Part shown: positions 25,681 through 39,870 of the stretch, piece by piece
Layout of the letters: every line of letters begins with the position of its first letter
Numbering within the stretch: position 1 is the stretch's first letter
Origin: Epiperipatus broadwayi
Taxonomy: Eukaryota; Animalia; Onychophora
Length of the DNA stretch: 64,000 bases
Direction of reading: 5' to 3'
Assembly: GCA_028023455.1 (NCBI GenBank)
Contig: JAQFVV010000007.1
Span: 11,160,001-11,224,000 of the forward strand
The notes under the pieces: generated by a model
The model's input: only the letters and a program-made list of their open reading frames with translations
Databases searched by the model: none
Told to the model about the DNA's origin: nothing
Made by a program: the position numbers and the translations under genes

Positions 25681-28107
25681 GAAAAACATAAACCACTTAC
25701 AATGTCACTGAATTGGTATTGTTCAGGTGTGGACTGCTTTCTTGCATTTATATATAGTGCAGTAATTTGATCTACAAATATCAAACATTCTGCAGTTCCA
25801 CTTTTAACATTATTTCTATTTAGATAAATATATCAATGATTACTACTAATAATTTATTAGAATAAATATGTATATCTCTTTTCCAGACATAGATTATTAT
25901 ATCTGCTTTTTAGATAAACATAAACACATGATGTCATTAGTCCAAATTTATCTCTCTTTTTTTAATATCTTTTTAATATCTGAAAAAGAAATAAACTTCA
26001 AGATACATCTTATGATGAACCACTATTCTCTCTTTGCCTAGGTTATAATTTCTTATTTATTTCACCATTTATTCAGTGTTTATCATTATTAAATATATTA
26101 CAATTTTATTTATAAATTTCAAACATTTTGTATTCACATTGTGATGTCATCTATTTTAGATAAATTTTGGGTGTTTTAGACCAAATTGTAATGATTTGGT
26201 ATTGATAAATATGAAACAAACAATAAAAACACATGTGAGAGAGATTGTGGCACTGGCTAACTGAAAAGTGTTAGCTTTGCATGAAATGAATTTTGAAAGA
26301 TCATTAATTTTTATCAAATATTATTATTCATATATTTTAAGAGTATTTGGTAGAATGAAAATTGTAATACAAATAAAAAAAAGGAATAGAAATTGAATTA
26401 AATGTATGATGTAGTTATGATCTATTAAAGTGAAAAATAAATATATAATCTTTAATTGGTTTAAATTTTCTAGAAACCACGAAAATCTTTAGCCTAAATA
26501 AATAATTGAATTGTTTATTGGTTGGAAGTTTATAAGAAGTTAAAATAGCTGAGGTTCCAATACTGAAAATGACCTGAAAGCCATACACTCCAGTGTCAGA
26601 TATATTAACACTTCACTAAACCACGCAGGAGATTGTTTAATCTGATACATGATTAATAATAATAGTTTATGTGTTTATCAAAAGTGGCTGGTGTCAAAGT
26701 TATGAGTTGAGAAAATTTGGCACTTTTAGATCAAATTATATCAATTCGACATTCTTAAAGACTAAAAAAAAATACAATAAGTGTCAAAAATCACGACTTG
26801 AGATAACTGAAGAGTACTGACACTGAATGAAATACATATTGCTGCTTATTTATTATTATTTTTAGATCTCTTTATTCACACGTTTGAATAATAAACAATG
26901 GATTGATATTAAATATATATTATACATTTTATTCTTTAAAAATATTAATTTTATTTTATTTTTTATATAATATTTAAATTATATGAGTTATCAAAATATA
27001 CTAACAAATAAAGATATTAATTTGTTTTATTTTTCATTATATATATATATATTATTAATCATTTGCAGTTTCTCCTATAATAATGCTGCTTTTGCTCCTT
27101 CCCCTCAAACTAAAGTTATGTGAAAAGATAGTGCTATCCAGTTATATGATAGCACTTGGATATAATTTTTTTTTATAATTTCATTGTCAAAAGAAAATTT
27201 GGATTATTAAAAAATTGATAAGATTTTTTTAGGAGTAGTACACATAATGATGTCTGTGTGAAGAACTCTCTGCCTCCATTACCCTGTTTACTGATGAGGA
27301 AAAGTCTTCAAACATCACCTCTGAACATTTTGTTTGTTACTATTTTTCAATACATAGTCTTCATTTTATTTTATTTTTTTTCTCTGGGAACAATTTCTGC
27401 AAACTTTAAAATTGATGGGATTTTTTATTATTATTATTCCTGAAAGGTCACTTCAAGTTGTAATTGGAGAAATGTTTCTTATAAAAGACTTTGGAGTTCA
27501 TAAAGAGTTTGGAACTTTCATTACAACTTTAAGAGCTGCAATTGGAAAATTTGTTTCACTTTTTTTTCCACTACGATCTAAAGTGCAAGATGAGGTTCCA
27601 ATTATGATTTACGTTACCTCTTTTCATTAGATTTTAAATGTGTGTCCTAGTGCGGTTTAATTTGCCCGTTATTGCAAAAATTGCAGAAACGTGTTCTTTT
27701 ATTTGGCTAAGCTCTGGAAGGTTTGTGTAGTTCTTTTCCATCTGAGTGCACCCAAGTGAAATCAACTGGTACGCGATGTTGCCAGCCCAGAGCAGGCAGT
27801 TCAAAGGAAGCAATTTGCCTACAAATTCACCACAAAATTAATAAAAATGAATTATCTTATATATTTTTATTTCCATTAAAAACTGTTTTTGTGATTAAAA
27901 AAAAGATATTTTTTTAGGTTTTGTTTAACTTGATTTGTTATTTAATATTTTAACACCCCCCTTCTCCCACACATTTAAGTTATGATTATAATTATATAGT
28001 GATAGTTTCGATTTCTATAGTTATCCGTCTTCCTCTTTAAAAAGCAAAAAAAAGTAAAATGTACAATATAAACAATGTTAGATGTTGATTTTGTTTACAT
28101 ATTTATG

Positions 28108-28206
28108 TAATATAGGGGATTTGCGACGTCATGTGCATCGGTTGTGTGAGATAGAGTGGATTGCTGAAGGGAGTTAGAAAGTCTGTGTTGAAATCCCCCT
28201 ATATTA
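28108..28206. mobile_element. 99-bp MITE with TAATATAGGGG terminal inverted repeats
   Basis: taatataggggattt pairs with aaatccccctatatta. Related copies in the opposite orientation lie at about 15405-15490 and 55490-55575 (gaac(t/g)cagacttt...ccacactatctcat...gatacacatga). Confidence 0.7.
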
Positions 28207-31200
28207 TTACATCTAGACTCCAGGTATATAAAATATATTTGTATTTAAAATTTTACATATACATGTATATAAAAGTCATATGGCTTTATTGCTTGAGAGT
28301 TCAAAGAATTTCGAGCGCCAGATCTCCGGATCCCAGGTCGGACACTTTATAATTGTATCAGGCTGCACAGGTTATTTACACATCATGCACATAATCAATA
28401 TCAGATTATTTTGTGCCATAGTTCAAAGGCTGTATACTTGAATCCCCTCTACCTCCAAAACGTTGCCATCCTTGATTCTAAAAAACAAATATTTTGTTGA
28501 AATAATAAAAAGCACAAAATTAATAAACTTTCATAAAAGCATGTACTTGTATAAATGTGCCATTTTTAAATATCAATATTATACCTCTCATCTGTACTCC
28601 AGGCAGCTGCATAGGTTGCCTAATGTTAGTGTTGTCCCTGATTATACAGTCAATTGTAATATTTTTATCGTTTAATTCTAAGAACATTGCATGGATGTTA
28701 ATTAAAATAAGTAGTAGTGAGTGTTATATAATATATCTTTTAAATATATATATATCCGTATTTTTTATACGTATTGAATTATTAGACAGATGTATATTAA
28801 AATAAATAATTAAATGGCTTTGTTGCTTGAGTGCTTATCAGGAGTATGCGCAGTAGAAGTGTCAGAATTAGAATCCATCCAAAAATCTTAGCTCCAGAGT
28901 CCGATACTTTACTGCTGTATTAAACCAGACTACATAGGGGTGTATTCAAAGATATTCAAAAATATGTACTTTTTATAATTTAAATTTAGATCATTTAAAT
29001 TTGAAGTTTTATTAATGACTCAGTTAATTTAAATTTTGCCTTTACTTGAAGTTGTTTTATATAAACGTTGCCTTTATATATTTACAACATAACTAGTTTA
29101 AGATGAAACATCTTTTTCCGATCATTGCTTAATAATTACAACTAAATGATATTATTGTTGAAATGGATGGTTTTGTTGATATGTGGTGTTCTTGTCATAT
29201 ATATATATAACCATTAGAAACCAGTTACCACTTAGACAATCCCGATATAGATAAAAATCTAGGATTTTAAACTGTTGTCAAGGCAACCTGTGGAATCCAT
29301 CTTTATTATTTTCTCATATATTTATATAGACATTAAAGATTGCAACTTGATACACACATATACGCAGTAAAGATATTTTATATGTTTATATACGTACATA
29401 TGATAAAATTAAGTTGGCAAAATTATGAACATTATGATAAGAATAATAATAAATAGAAATATAATAATGCACTTGTGAAAAAATAGTCCTGAGTAATAAA
29501 TTGAGAAAAGAAAGAAAAAAAAGAGAGATGGCATTTACTTACGCATAAAGATTTCTATAATCTAAGTATAAACATATGTATATGTCATAAGTCAATGACT
29601 CTAAAAAAAAATTCTATATTTCTTCATTCATTTTGTAATAAAAAGTGATCACAGTAATATACAAAAGATATAAAGCTTACTGATATTAAATTCATAAATG
29701 CATATTGTGTATGTCTTCCTGTGCAAATAATATAAAACCATTATATTTTGCTGTTTTTGTTATTATGATAAACTGATAAAAGGTTTTCTAAAAACTAATT
29801 AAATCAAGGTACTGCTATCTATTACCAGACTTATAATAAACTCACACTACCAACTGCATCCACACTAAACAAATAATGAAATGGCTGGTTAATTTTGAAT
29901 GATCAGTGAACTATATTTGATAAAGTAATATCTTCTACTGCTTTATGGTTACATGGTAATGATACATAAAAGAATAAGTATTTTAGCTTAAAAACTTTTT
30001 ATTTGACTGCTCTACATCCCCCTTACTGTTGAATTAGGTGCTGAATATATATTTCATCTTTCCATTTCCTAAAAAAATTATAGTAGTCTTGAGAGAGAAA
30101 GATTTTTGGATTATTTGCCAGCTGAGAAAAAAATCAAATTTAATTTGATAAATTTAGATAATTTATGATTAGAATGCCACTTTGATGTCAAATATTATAT
30201 TGCTGCTATAAAAATGAACCCTCAAAAATATTGCTTTTCTTTAAAGCTTAACTTATTAATACTTAATTATTTACTTCACATTAGTTTAGATTTTATTCTT
30301 GAACTAAGACTAGTTAAATACTCATTTACTGATCAATAATCAGATATCTAACTGTATTAATGAACAAGCTATTTGCCAAACTTCCTAGACATCTATTTAA
30401 TAATTCAGTTTTTCTAAAAAATATTCCTAAATTTTGACCAAGTTTGAACCCCATAATGTTGAAATGCAGTTGAAGATATTAATGTGTATAATATGATGAG
30501 TTTCTTAAATTTATGTGACTGCATTGCAATATTTTTTAACTTCTTTTTTAAAAAAAAAATAATTCTATCATATTTTGATAGATAATGTATCAATGTTAGC
30601 TTAAATTCTGCCATTGTTTTTCAAGCTGGGCTTGTTTGTCTAAGGAAGGATTTAAACTAAAAAGTGTGTAGCAGCAATATTATTTCTAGCCTAATGCTTA
30701 AGATAAATGATACTGGTATGCCCCCATATTTGTTGATCATGAGAATGAAAAAAATACTTTGAAATACATGATTTCTGTAAAAGGAATTAAGACTATTCTA
30801 CCTTTTGTAATCCATAAATACACATCACAGAAAATTATGAGAAATCCTCACTGATGCAAACATTAGTATAAACAAAGTATAAAATATGAAATAATATTTA
30901 TTAACAGATTTAATCCTTCTGACAAACTTATAATGCCCTGTATGGTTTGACACATTATTAAAAAGACATTATTCTGGAGCTCAAAGTCCATAGATTACAG
31001 ATCAGCACTGCCACTTCAAGTGTTTAAACTTTTTATGAGTTATTGAACTATAAGCTATTGAATTTTATTTTAATCTGTGTGATTTTGTGCAGATACTAGA
31101 TTCAAAATTAATGGATCATACCTCAGCTCTATCACTTCTGCTTTAGATGCTCAAACTTCTTTTGAACTTCTGAGCAAAAACTATTTTGATTATTAGTTTT

Positions 31201-31379
31201 CTTCAAAGAGATAATTAAATATACTATTGTACTTGAACACTTAATAGAAGAGTAATACGAAGACTTCAAACCACTCAATAAAGTATGGAGAGAAACAAAG
31301 AAGAAAGGATTAAAAAGGAAATACATGGTTGAGAAAACGAGCAAATCTTACTAATATTATTGATAGCATTAAGAAATTA

Positions 31380-31600
31380 ATGAAGGGCTGGATTGACTAT
31401 ATTCTTAGAAGAGGTGATAATAGATGGACCATAGAAATCGCAAACTGTATCCAATGACACCGTAATGAAATAAAGAAATATTCTGATGTGATTTGGAGAA
31501 GAGAGGTTAGAGAGAAGAAATTGAATTAAACGTGGAGAGACTTTCATCCTGCTGTGGATCGACAAAGACTGAAAATAATATGACGATGATTACATATAAA
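31380..31600 (+). mobile_element. RTE-clade LINE 3' end; related 3' end at 34130-34310
   Basis: DYILRRGDNRWTIEI and GETFILLW, followed by a gacgatgat tail. The second copy reads AGDQRRWIEHGETIL. Confidence 0.55.
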
Positions 31601-31949
31601 TATAAAGTTATTTTAAATCTTCAAAAATTTCAATCAGATTTTTTTTAGAAATTATAGGGGCTGAAGGCATAATCTTAATCACTAAGATAATACAAGATTA
31701 ATCGCAAAAATGGTTTAAGAACCTACAAACTATTAAGCTTAAATAATCACGTATATAATACTCAAATATATATATGCTTACACACTTTTAATTTCAAATA
31801 ATTAACGTGGCACTTTTTTTTTTAATTTTCAAATTTTATTTTAGTGTGCTTAATTTGTGCAATAAAATTTTATCCTTATTGATGGAGAGGGGAAGGGTGA
31901 ATTGATTAATAATATGTATTTTTTTTTAGTTATTTTTGAGTCAGATTAT

Positions 31950-32620
31950 AATGGGAAACAAAACCTCTGAAAAGCTTTTTGCCTCAGAGGGCCACTTTCA
32001 CCTTGAATTGATGAAATGGAAACACTTTTGATATTCCAATCATTTATGATGAAGACATGGCAAATGCATTAAATGGAAACCCTCCCTCTCATATGGAAAA
32101 TTTACTTAGTGTTGCCTCTGCTCTTTGGGAGAGCGAAAAAAAATAAAAATGCATTTATTTTTTCTTTATTTTTTTTAGCCATCTAATAATTTACCTACTA
32201 TCATCTTTTTATCAATTTATATGTCTATTTATCTACAATCATCTATATTTACTTATCTACATATACATATATAATAAAACAATTAAAGGGACCTTTTGCA
32301 ATGACCTCTGCTTCATCTGTTTTTCAAAAGAGTCCTGAAAGAGAGGATTCCACACATGAAGATAATCAATTGTCTAATAATGCTTTTTTTAAAAATGTTT
32401 TTCCATTGTTACATTTTTTTTTTAATTTTGAAAATAAAAGAAGCCATAATTTTGTTAATATTAACATTTATTTATTTTCTTTAATATACAAATTCTTCAG
32501 TAAAAGATTGATTTACACATCAGTTATCTTTGGACAAGGTCTTTCCAATCCCTTTTTCAGAAGTGACCCAGGATCTTTCACGTATTAATGGAGTATGCAT
32601 ACCACTAAATCCAGATGTCA
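31950..32620 (+). mobile_element. Possible Ty3/gypsy reverse transcriptase fossil
   Basis: GPFAMTSASSVFQK (32289-32330) resembles MPFGLxxAxxxFQR. Upstream ALNGNPPSHMENLL...SALW loosely resembles LN...P..EELL...SxxW. Confidence 0.4.
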
Positions 32621-35600
32621 ATTACCCACTTACAAAAAAATACCAAAATTTGTTAGAGTTAATCTATCAAAAAAAGTAGATATAAAAATCTTCACGAAAT
32701 TTTATCCATATTTAGTAGGCGGATATGTTAATTATTATGCTACATGACCATTTTATTTCTATACATATCATTAAAACTAATTAACACTTAGATCATCCCA
32801 ATATCAATACCAATCAACAATCTCAATCTGTTGACAAGGTAACTTTCTTTTAACAATAAAGATGGAATCTTATATATATATAATGATAAAATACTCTATG
32901 ACGCAATGAAATTGACTTTTAATACTTAATGTATACAGTCTGCATATTTAAAATGGGTGTGTATACGAATTTTTTCTGAAATTTTCATTTAATTTCTTAC
33001 TCAATTTATTTTTTACATTAAAAAATATTATAGAAGCAAAATCATTTTAATGTGTTTTTTTTTTGCCATTATATTTTAAATTTAAATGAATCTACATGTC
33101 ACACTTATATTATTGCTACCTTGAACTTTCTATTCAGACTGTGTTTTTTACCTAAATGACTTTGTTTCTATTATTCTTTTATTATTTTTTAGAAGTCTGA
33201 AAAATGAATCAATTTTAATAACTAAGCAATTTTTTTTTATATTTTTTCTCGTCTCTCTCTGTCTCTCGCTGTTATTTAACATAATATATATGTATATATA
33301 TACCATATAAATTAATGTTTGGCATTCAAAACATAAATTGGTTGTAAACATAGATAATATCTATTACAAAAGGAATCAAATAAATCCATACTTAAATACG
33401 ATCTAAGGTAGTATAGAATAAATATATATATATATATTCCAGTCTTTAGCAAAATATCAGATTTTGTAATTTAAGATTCATGCATCACGGTGTAATGCCA
33501 TTTCTAGTATTCAAATCCCTTATAAACTCCCAACAATAAACCAACAGATTACTTATACGCTTAATAAGTTACTGTAAGTAAAATCAGGTGAGTCAAATAT
33601 CTTTCCAGATTTCCTTCACAAATTATAAAAAAAATGGATATGAGAAAAATATATTGGGCTAGGCAACAGAAAGTTGATTAGAACTTTTATAATCTTTCCT
33701 TAGTTTGTTGTCTACATGAGAATAAATAGATAGCCATTTGCCAACTAACAATCAAATGATCGCCTAAGTGCTTATTGAATGAGTTGATAAAAAATTATTC
33801 ACAATTCACAGTTTAGAAACAGTTTTCAAGTGAATACCACCAGATTCATATTGAGGATAAATAAATCATGTTATTATACCACAAGACTTGAACAATACTT
33901 CAAAAATATATCTAAAATATTTCAAGACTGATTAATTGATTATTTTCATATTAAAATGTAATGGCAGTAATTTAGTTTTTTCAAGTATCACATGACTTTG
34001 AAAATAGTCAATTACAGGCTTAAGAGCCTCATATTATAAAGAGCTGATATTTTTCTCTCACACCCATAATATGGACTTCAATGGCTGAACCTTGGGAATT
34101 TTTCTAAATTGTGAGTGGGGTTTGGGTATGAGTTAGTTATCCACTATTAATAAAAGACCCAGAAAGAGACCACATGTGAAAAGGATGGATAAAATAAGAA
34201 AGTGTGTAGGGGTGATGTAGAGAAAAGAGGCTGGAGATCAGAGAAGATGGATTGAACATGGAGAGACCATCCTGTAGTGGATTGATAATGGTTGACAATG
34301 AATGATGAATCAATAAACAAATTTCAGATTTTTAGCTAGAAAATAATAAATCTAAGATTAATCAAAGTGGTCAAATGAGGGTTAAAGCACTGGCTGTAAA
34401 TTCAACATTATTATTGAATAATGATTCAGTCATCATAATCTACTGATGTGTTATATTTATGTGAGTTCTGAGTCAAGAGTTAGAATTGTGATTAAAATAT
34501 AACTAAGATTTTATGGTTTTCAGCAAAAAACGTAAAAAATAAAAGTGCTGTTTTAACAGTAAGAAATACAAATATAAAGTTATAAATATATAAAACCCTA
34601 TGTGGTTAGGCATAATGGTAAAACAGCAGCTTCTGGATTTCAAGATTCAAGGATAATATCCATCCAATTGGCAATCAAACGTTTTATGAACTCCTAGAAA
34701 ATAAAGTCTTTTGATTATTTTACTTTTTATAAAAATCAACAAAAACATTACAATATTAAAAAAGTGGAGAAGTGAACCCATATTTTATTGACATAAAAAA
34801 TATTCATTATTTTACAAAACATTCTAAACATAAGACATTATTAAAATTTACTATATACCTATAAATATTAAAGGCTGTATAAATTATATTGAGTATAACA
34901 AGGAATAAAAAATAACTCTACCAACAATAACATATTATAGTTTGTGGTTCCATAATTCCGATTTATATATATGCATTGATGTGATCAGAGTTGGAAAAGG
35001 GGAAATTAAATATCTGAAAAGTAGGTTTGGAGGATTAGAAAAAACAATGGAAAAAAGATTTCATCTGGAGGATTGTGAAAAGATGATTTTAAAATTTTTA
35101 ATATATATATTATGTTTTGGACAAATTATGATTGAAAATATTTAAAAGTTAATTCTGTAGAAGATAGAAGATCATAAAGATGGTGGAAAATGTTAAAATA
35201 TGTTTTATTTTTTGAAGGAAGAAAGGATGTCTTACAGATATTTTTCCATCAACTTTTTTGCCAACTATTTTATGAAAATGTGACGATATACTAGCTTGAC
35301 TAACATTAGGCAGTTGATTATAATACAGACTATCCACCTTCACTGCATTCTTTTGGTATTTATCATTCTCAGGGCCGGTGGAAGTGGGCATGCAATGCAT
35401 GCTAGGCATGCGGGCACTGGCAGAAGGAGGCGCCATCACTGAGAGATTAGCATCTGAAAAAGAAGGCGCCATCCCTGAGAAATTAAAACTCTACTAACAA
35501 AAATACTCACATTTGAAGAATATTATTCTCAAATGTTTATTTACAAAAATTATTGAGAGTAGATTATTGAAAATCATATGAAGTCATATTATATCTTATT

Positions 35601-36563
35601 AAATGACACACACAAGCAGGCCTGCACACAAGCTCTGCTTAATATTAAAAATATAAAACAATCAAATCTATTATTTATCATGAACAATAAACTAAACATA
35701 AAGTTTATTATATTACAAATTTCATATTGTAATGTTTATAAGATAGTAAACTATAAGTAACTTTCTGCTAGCAAATATATAAATAAACACACACTAAAAG
35801 TATTATAAATTAGAACTTATGTATGTATATGCATATATATATATATATTAGATCATGTACATAATTTTGAAATCGTAAGAAACGATTATAATATTGCAAA
35901 ATAAAACATTTTCTAATTTTTTATTTAAATAATAATTTGATATAAATATTCGAACGTGTATGTAATATATATTATAGGTATAATTCCAGTAAACTTAATA
36001 TAATTTTCAGTTTACTTTTTATTTTATATATTTTAATCGTTGTCAAAAGTCTATTTTTTCTGCATACTAATTAGGTTTGCAAATTAATTACATACGTTTG
36101 CTTATGATGTTTATCGCAAATTTTAAAATCTTAGTAAGAACTTGTAAACAATAATTATAATCCCAGGAAATTTTCTATTGAAATCGCAAATCAGGCCTGG
36201 CAGGCCACCTGTGTTAATTAGAAAAATATATGATAACAAAAGAAAATCTTGCCAATGGTAAAACTAAAATGTTCAATAAAGCGTAAAAAACTGGACACTT
36301 GAGTTATTTTAAAACCTGACCATTTTTAATGTCAATGGCTGAATATTTTTAATTTATTAGCTGCCTTTTTTAGGTAAACAAGTTAAACAACTTCTTCCCC
36401 TCCGCGTATAGAGTTTTGTATTTTGGTGCAAGAAGTAATTTGTGTTGGACATCTAAATTAGCGATATATAATCTTAAGTATTAAGATACATGATGTAAAT
36501 ATATAAATTAGAGTCCGTATTTATTTATTTATTACATTTGAAAATTATTTTAAAGTGGCGTTC

Positions 36564-39066
36564 ATGAGTAAAAGTAATATGGAATCAAAAACTAAGAAAA
36601 AACTATCCAGTGCACAAAATCGTAAACGCCAAGCTGAAAAAATAGCAAACATTAAAAAACAAAGTGGATCACTTAATAAATATCTTAAAATATCAACTGC
36701 TTCTGAAATAGCTTATACTCAACAAGAACCAGAACCGTGCACATCATCTAGATCACATTCACAGGGAACTGTTGAAAATATTGAACAAGATTTTAGTAAG
36801 AAACAGTTAAGTGACAACAAAGTCATTGTGCCAATATCATATCAAATGTGTACAAATTTAGAAGATCCAGCTGAATGGAATAAAATCGATGACAAACTAC
36901 GTGTTATTTTAGTAGAAATGGGGCCTGTTCAAAAGAAAGATATTATATATCCGAACGATGTACATGGCCGTAAATTTTCTGATGTATATTATAATAGAAA
37001 AATGGAAAACGGAGAAGTAGTTTTTCGAAAATGGCTTATTTATTCTGAAATTTTGAACTCTGTGTTTTGCTTTTGTTGCAAAGTTTTTGGATCTACTGAA
37101 TCTAGCCTCATAGAAGGATACAATAATTGGAGAAATTTAAGTACAACTTTACACAGACATGAAACTAGTATGGTTCACATGAAAAGTTTATTGAATTGGA
37201 ATGAACTTGAGAAAAGATTAAAAAACAAAATTACTATTGATGGTCAATCTCAAAATTTATATGAAATGGAAAAGAAACATTGGAGGAGTGTTTTGGAACG
37301 GCTGATTGAAATTATCAAATTCCTTGGAGGTCAAAATTTAGCATTTCGCGGATCATCTGATAAATTATACGAAAAAAATAACGGAATTTTTTTAAAATTA
37401 ATTGAATTATTTGTGAAGTTTGATCTCGTTATGGAAAATCATGTTGAGAGGGCCCTAGATCAAAACAATAGAGTACATTATTTGAGCAAAGATAGCCAAA
37501 ATGAATTATTGGAAATTTTAAGTACAGCAATTAGGGAAACAATTTTATTATCGATAAAGAAATCCAAATATTATTCTATTATTTTAGATTGTACACCAGA
37601 TGCAAGTAAAACTGAACAAATGACCATAATTATTCGCTTTGTTTTTTGTAATAATGGAACGGTTAAAATTAGAGAAAACTTTTTAGGTTTCATAGATATA
37701 ACAGATTCCACTGGACGAGGTTTATGTACAACAATAATTGAACAACTGGAAAAATGGAAGATTCCCATTGAAGACATGCGTGGTCAAGGGTATGATAATG
37801 GGGCCAACATGAAAGGCAAAAAGGCTGGACTTCAAAATTTGATTTTAACCAAAAACCCTCGTGCATTTTACGTACCATGTGCTGCTCATTCTTTAAACTT
37901 AATCATAAACGATGCCGCCAAAGTCAATGTAGATACAATTGGTTTTTTTGCAATTGTTCAAAAAATATACAATTTTTTTTCATCATCTTATAAACGGTGG
38001 TCAATCCTTTTAAAATTTATTAAAACTTTAACTCTAAAACAACCATCAGAAACACGATGGGAAAGCAGAATTGATGCAATCCGGCCTCTACGGTATCAGT
38101 TGGGTGAAATTTATGATGCACTCTATGAAATAATGAACAACGAATCTTTTAATAGAGAAATTCAACATGAAGCTCAATCACTCTGCACTAACCTTAAGGA
38201 TTACAAATTTATTTGTTCTTTAATAATTTGGCATGATATATTAAATAGAATAAATCCTGTCAGTAAAATGCTCCAAAATGTAAATATGAATGCTTCACTT
38301 GCTTTAGAATCGATCGCAAATCTAAATACATTTTTACAAGAATATCGATCAGATTCAAATTTCAAAAACATTCTCAAAATTGCAGATGAACTTAGCGAAG
38401 AGGTTGATGGAGAGAAAGAATTTAAAACTGCCAAAGAAGTTCGACAACGGAAAAAAACTCGTCAATTTGATTACGAGCATCAGGACGAAACACCTCAAAT
38501 ACCTGAAGAAAAATTTAAAATAAACATGTTTTTTACACTTTTAGATGTAGCGATTAATTCTTTAACAGAACGCTTTGAACTCCTCGAAGCATGTTATAAT
38601 AATTTCAATTTTCTATATAAAATATCAGAAATTAATAAGAGCGAGTTACAAGCAAAATGCAAAGATTTAGAAAATATTTTGAAATTTGATAACAGTAAAG
38701 ATATTAATGCTACAGATTTATTCGACTGAATTATGTGCTTTTCGAGATATTTTTCAAAAGGATTTTTTAAATTCTCAAAACCCTTTCGAAACACTTAATT
38801 TTATAGTTTCTAATAATTTATCTATGCCAAACTTATCAATAGCTTTAAGAATATTATTAACATTACCTGTTAGTGTTGCAAGCGGTGAACGCTCTTTTTC
38901 TAAGTTAAAATTAATTAAAACTTACTTGAGAACAACTATGTCACAAAAACGGCTTGTTAATTTGGCATTAATTGCTATTGAAAATGATATTTGTGCAGAA
39001 CTGGAAATAAATACAATCATATCAAGGTTTATTAATATGAAGTCAAGGAGTATAAAATTATTATAA
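36564..39066 (+). pseudogene. hAT transposase (ZMYM1-like, DUF4371-type core plus hAT C-terminal dimerisation domain) with one frameshift
   Basis: ATG at 36564. Motifs present: WLIYS..VFCFCC, LAFRG, ILDCTPD, GQGYDNGANM, CAAHSLNL, TRWESR and SVASGERSFSKLK. One extra base near 38720-38727 separates ORF 36555-38729 from ORF 38686-39066. Confidence 0.9.
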
Positions 39067-39212
39067 TTATAACATGTTTTGTAATGCATTTACTTTTTTT
39101 AACTGTATTTTCTTTTTTTTTAATATTAAAAATTATTTATTTACATTGCCTTGTTTGTTTCCCTTAGAAAGATTTTGTACACTAATATTTATAACATGTA
39201 GGTGGTATACAT

Positions 39213-39870
39213 TAAAGTGACCAGATTTTAACATTGGTAAAACGGGACACCATTGACCGGGGGGCGGCTGATTAAAAATTTGGTTTATATGGAGCGTTTA
39301 TATAGATATAGCGTACATTAATAATAATAAATTAAATATGTATGTTTGTAATATTATCTTTTTTTAAAATTATTTCATTTATAAATTGTAAATTTATTAT
39401 TAAATTTGCTAATATTTGCATAAATTTAGAGGTTAGAAAAATTAGCAAAAATTTTAAAAATAATGGGTTTGTTAAAAACAGACAGTGACGCAAATAATAA
39501 ATATGAAATTTTAAAAAAAAAAAATATTTGAGATTAAAATATGTAAATGTTTTTCGAAAATTATTTTAAACATTTAAATATTTTAATCTCAAACATTATT
39601 TTTTTTAAATTTATTATATATATATATTTGAATCACTCTGTCTATTTTTAACAAACACATTATTTTTAAAATTTCTGCAAATTTTTCTAACATCTAAATT
39701 TGCCGTGTTAAATTATATATTATTTCATACAAACCGTTTGTATGAAATAATATATAATTTAACAATCAATTTTATGCTATTTTTGATATCAAAAATAGCA
39801 TTACATCGTGCATTCTTTCTAAAAATCATGACTTTTTTAAAACGCCATGGGACACGGTCGGGTCACCTTA
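39213..39870. mobile_element. Nested non-autonomous hAT-type MITE (658 bp) with an internal hairpin
   Basis: TIRs TAAAGTGACCAGA and (reverse complement) TAAGGTGACCCGA, with subterminal GGGACAC. TSD gtatacat (39205-39212) / gtaaacat (39871-39878) matches at 7 of 8 positions. Internal inverted arms at about 39421-39548 and 39571-39700. Confidence 0.85.

Noticed and set aside
27284-27335. CTGATGA motif with possible stem I (TGTTTA/TGAACA)
   Set aside because: G12 of GAAA is missing and stem III does not pair, so it is likely chance or too decayed to call.
34595-34680. Degenerate tRNA-Gln-like or SINE-like sequence
   Set aside because: The B-box and stems are too eroded, and no TSD was found.
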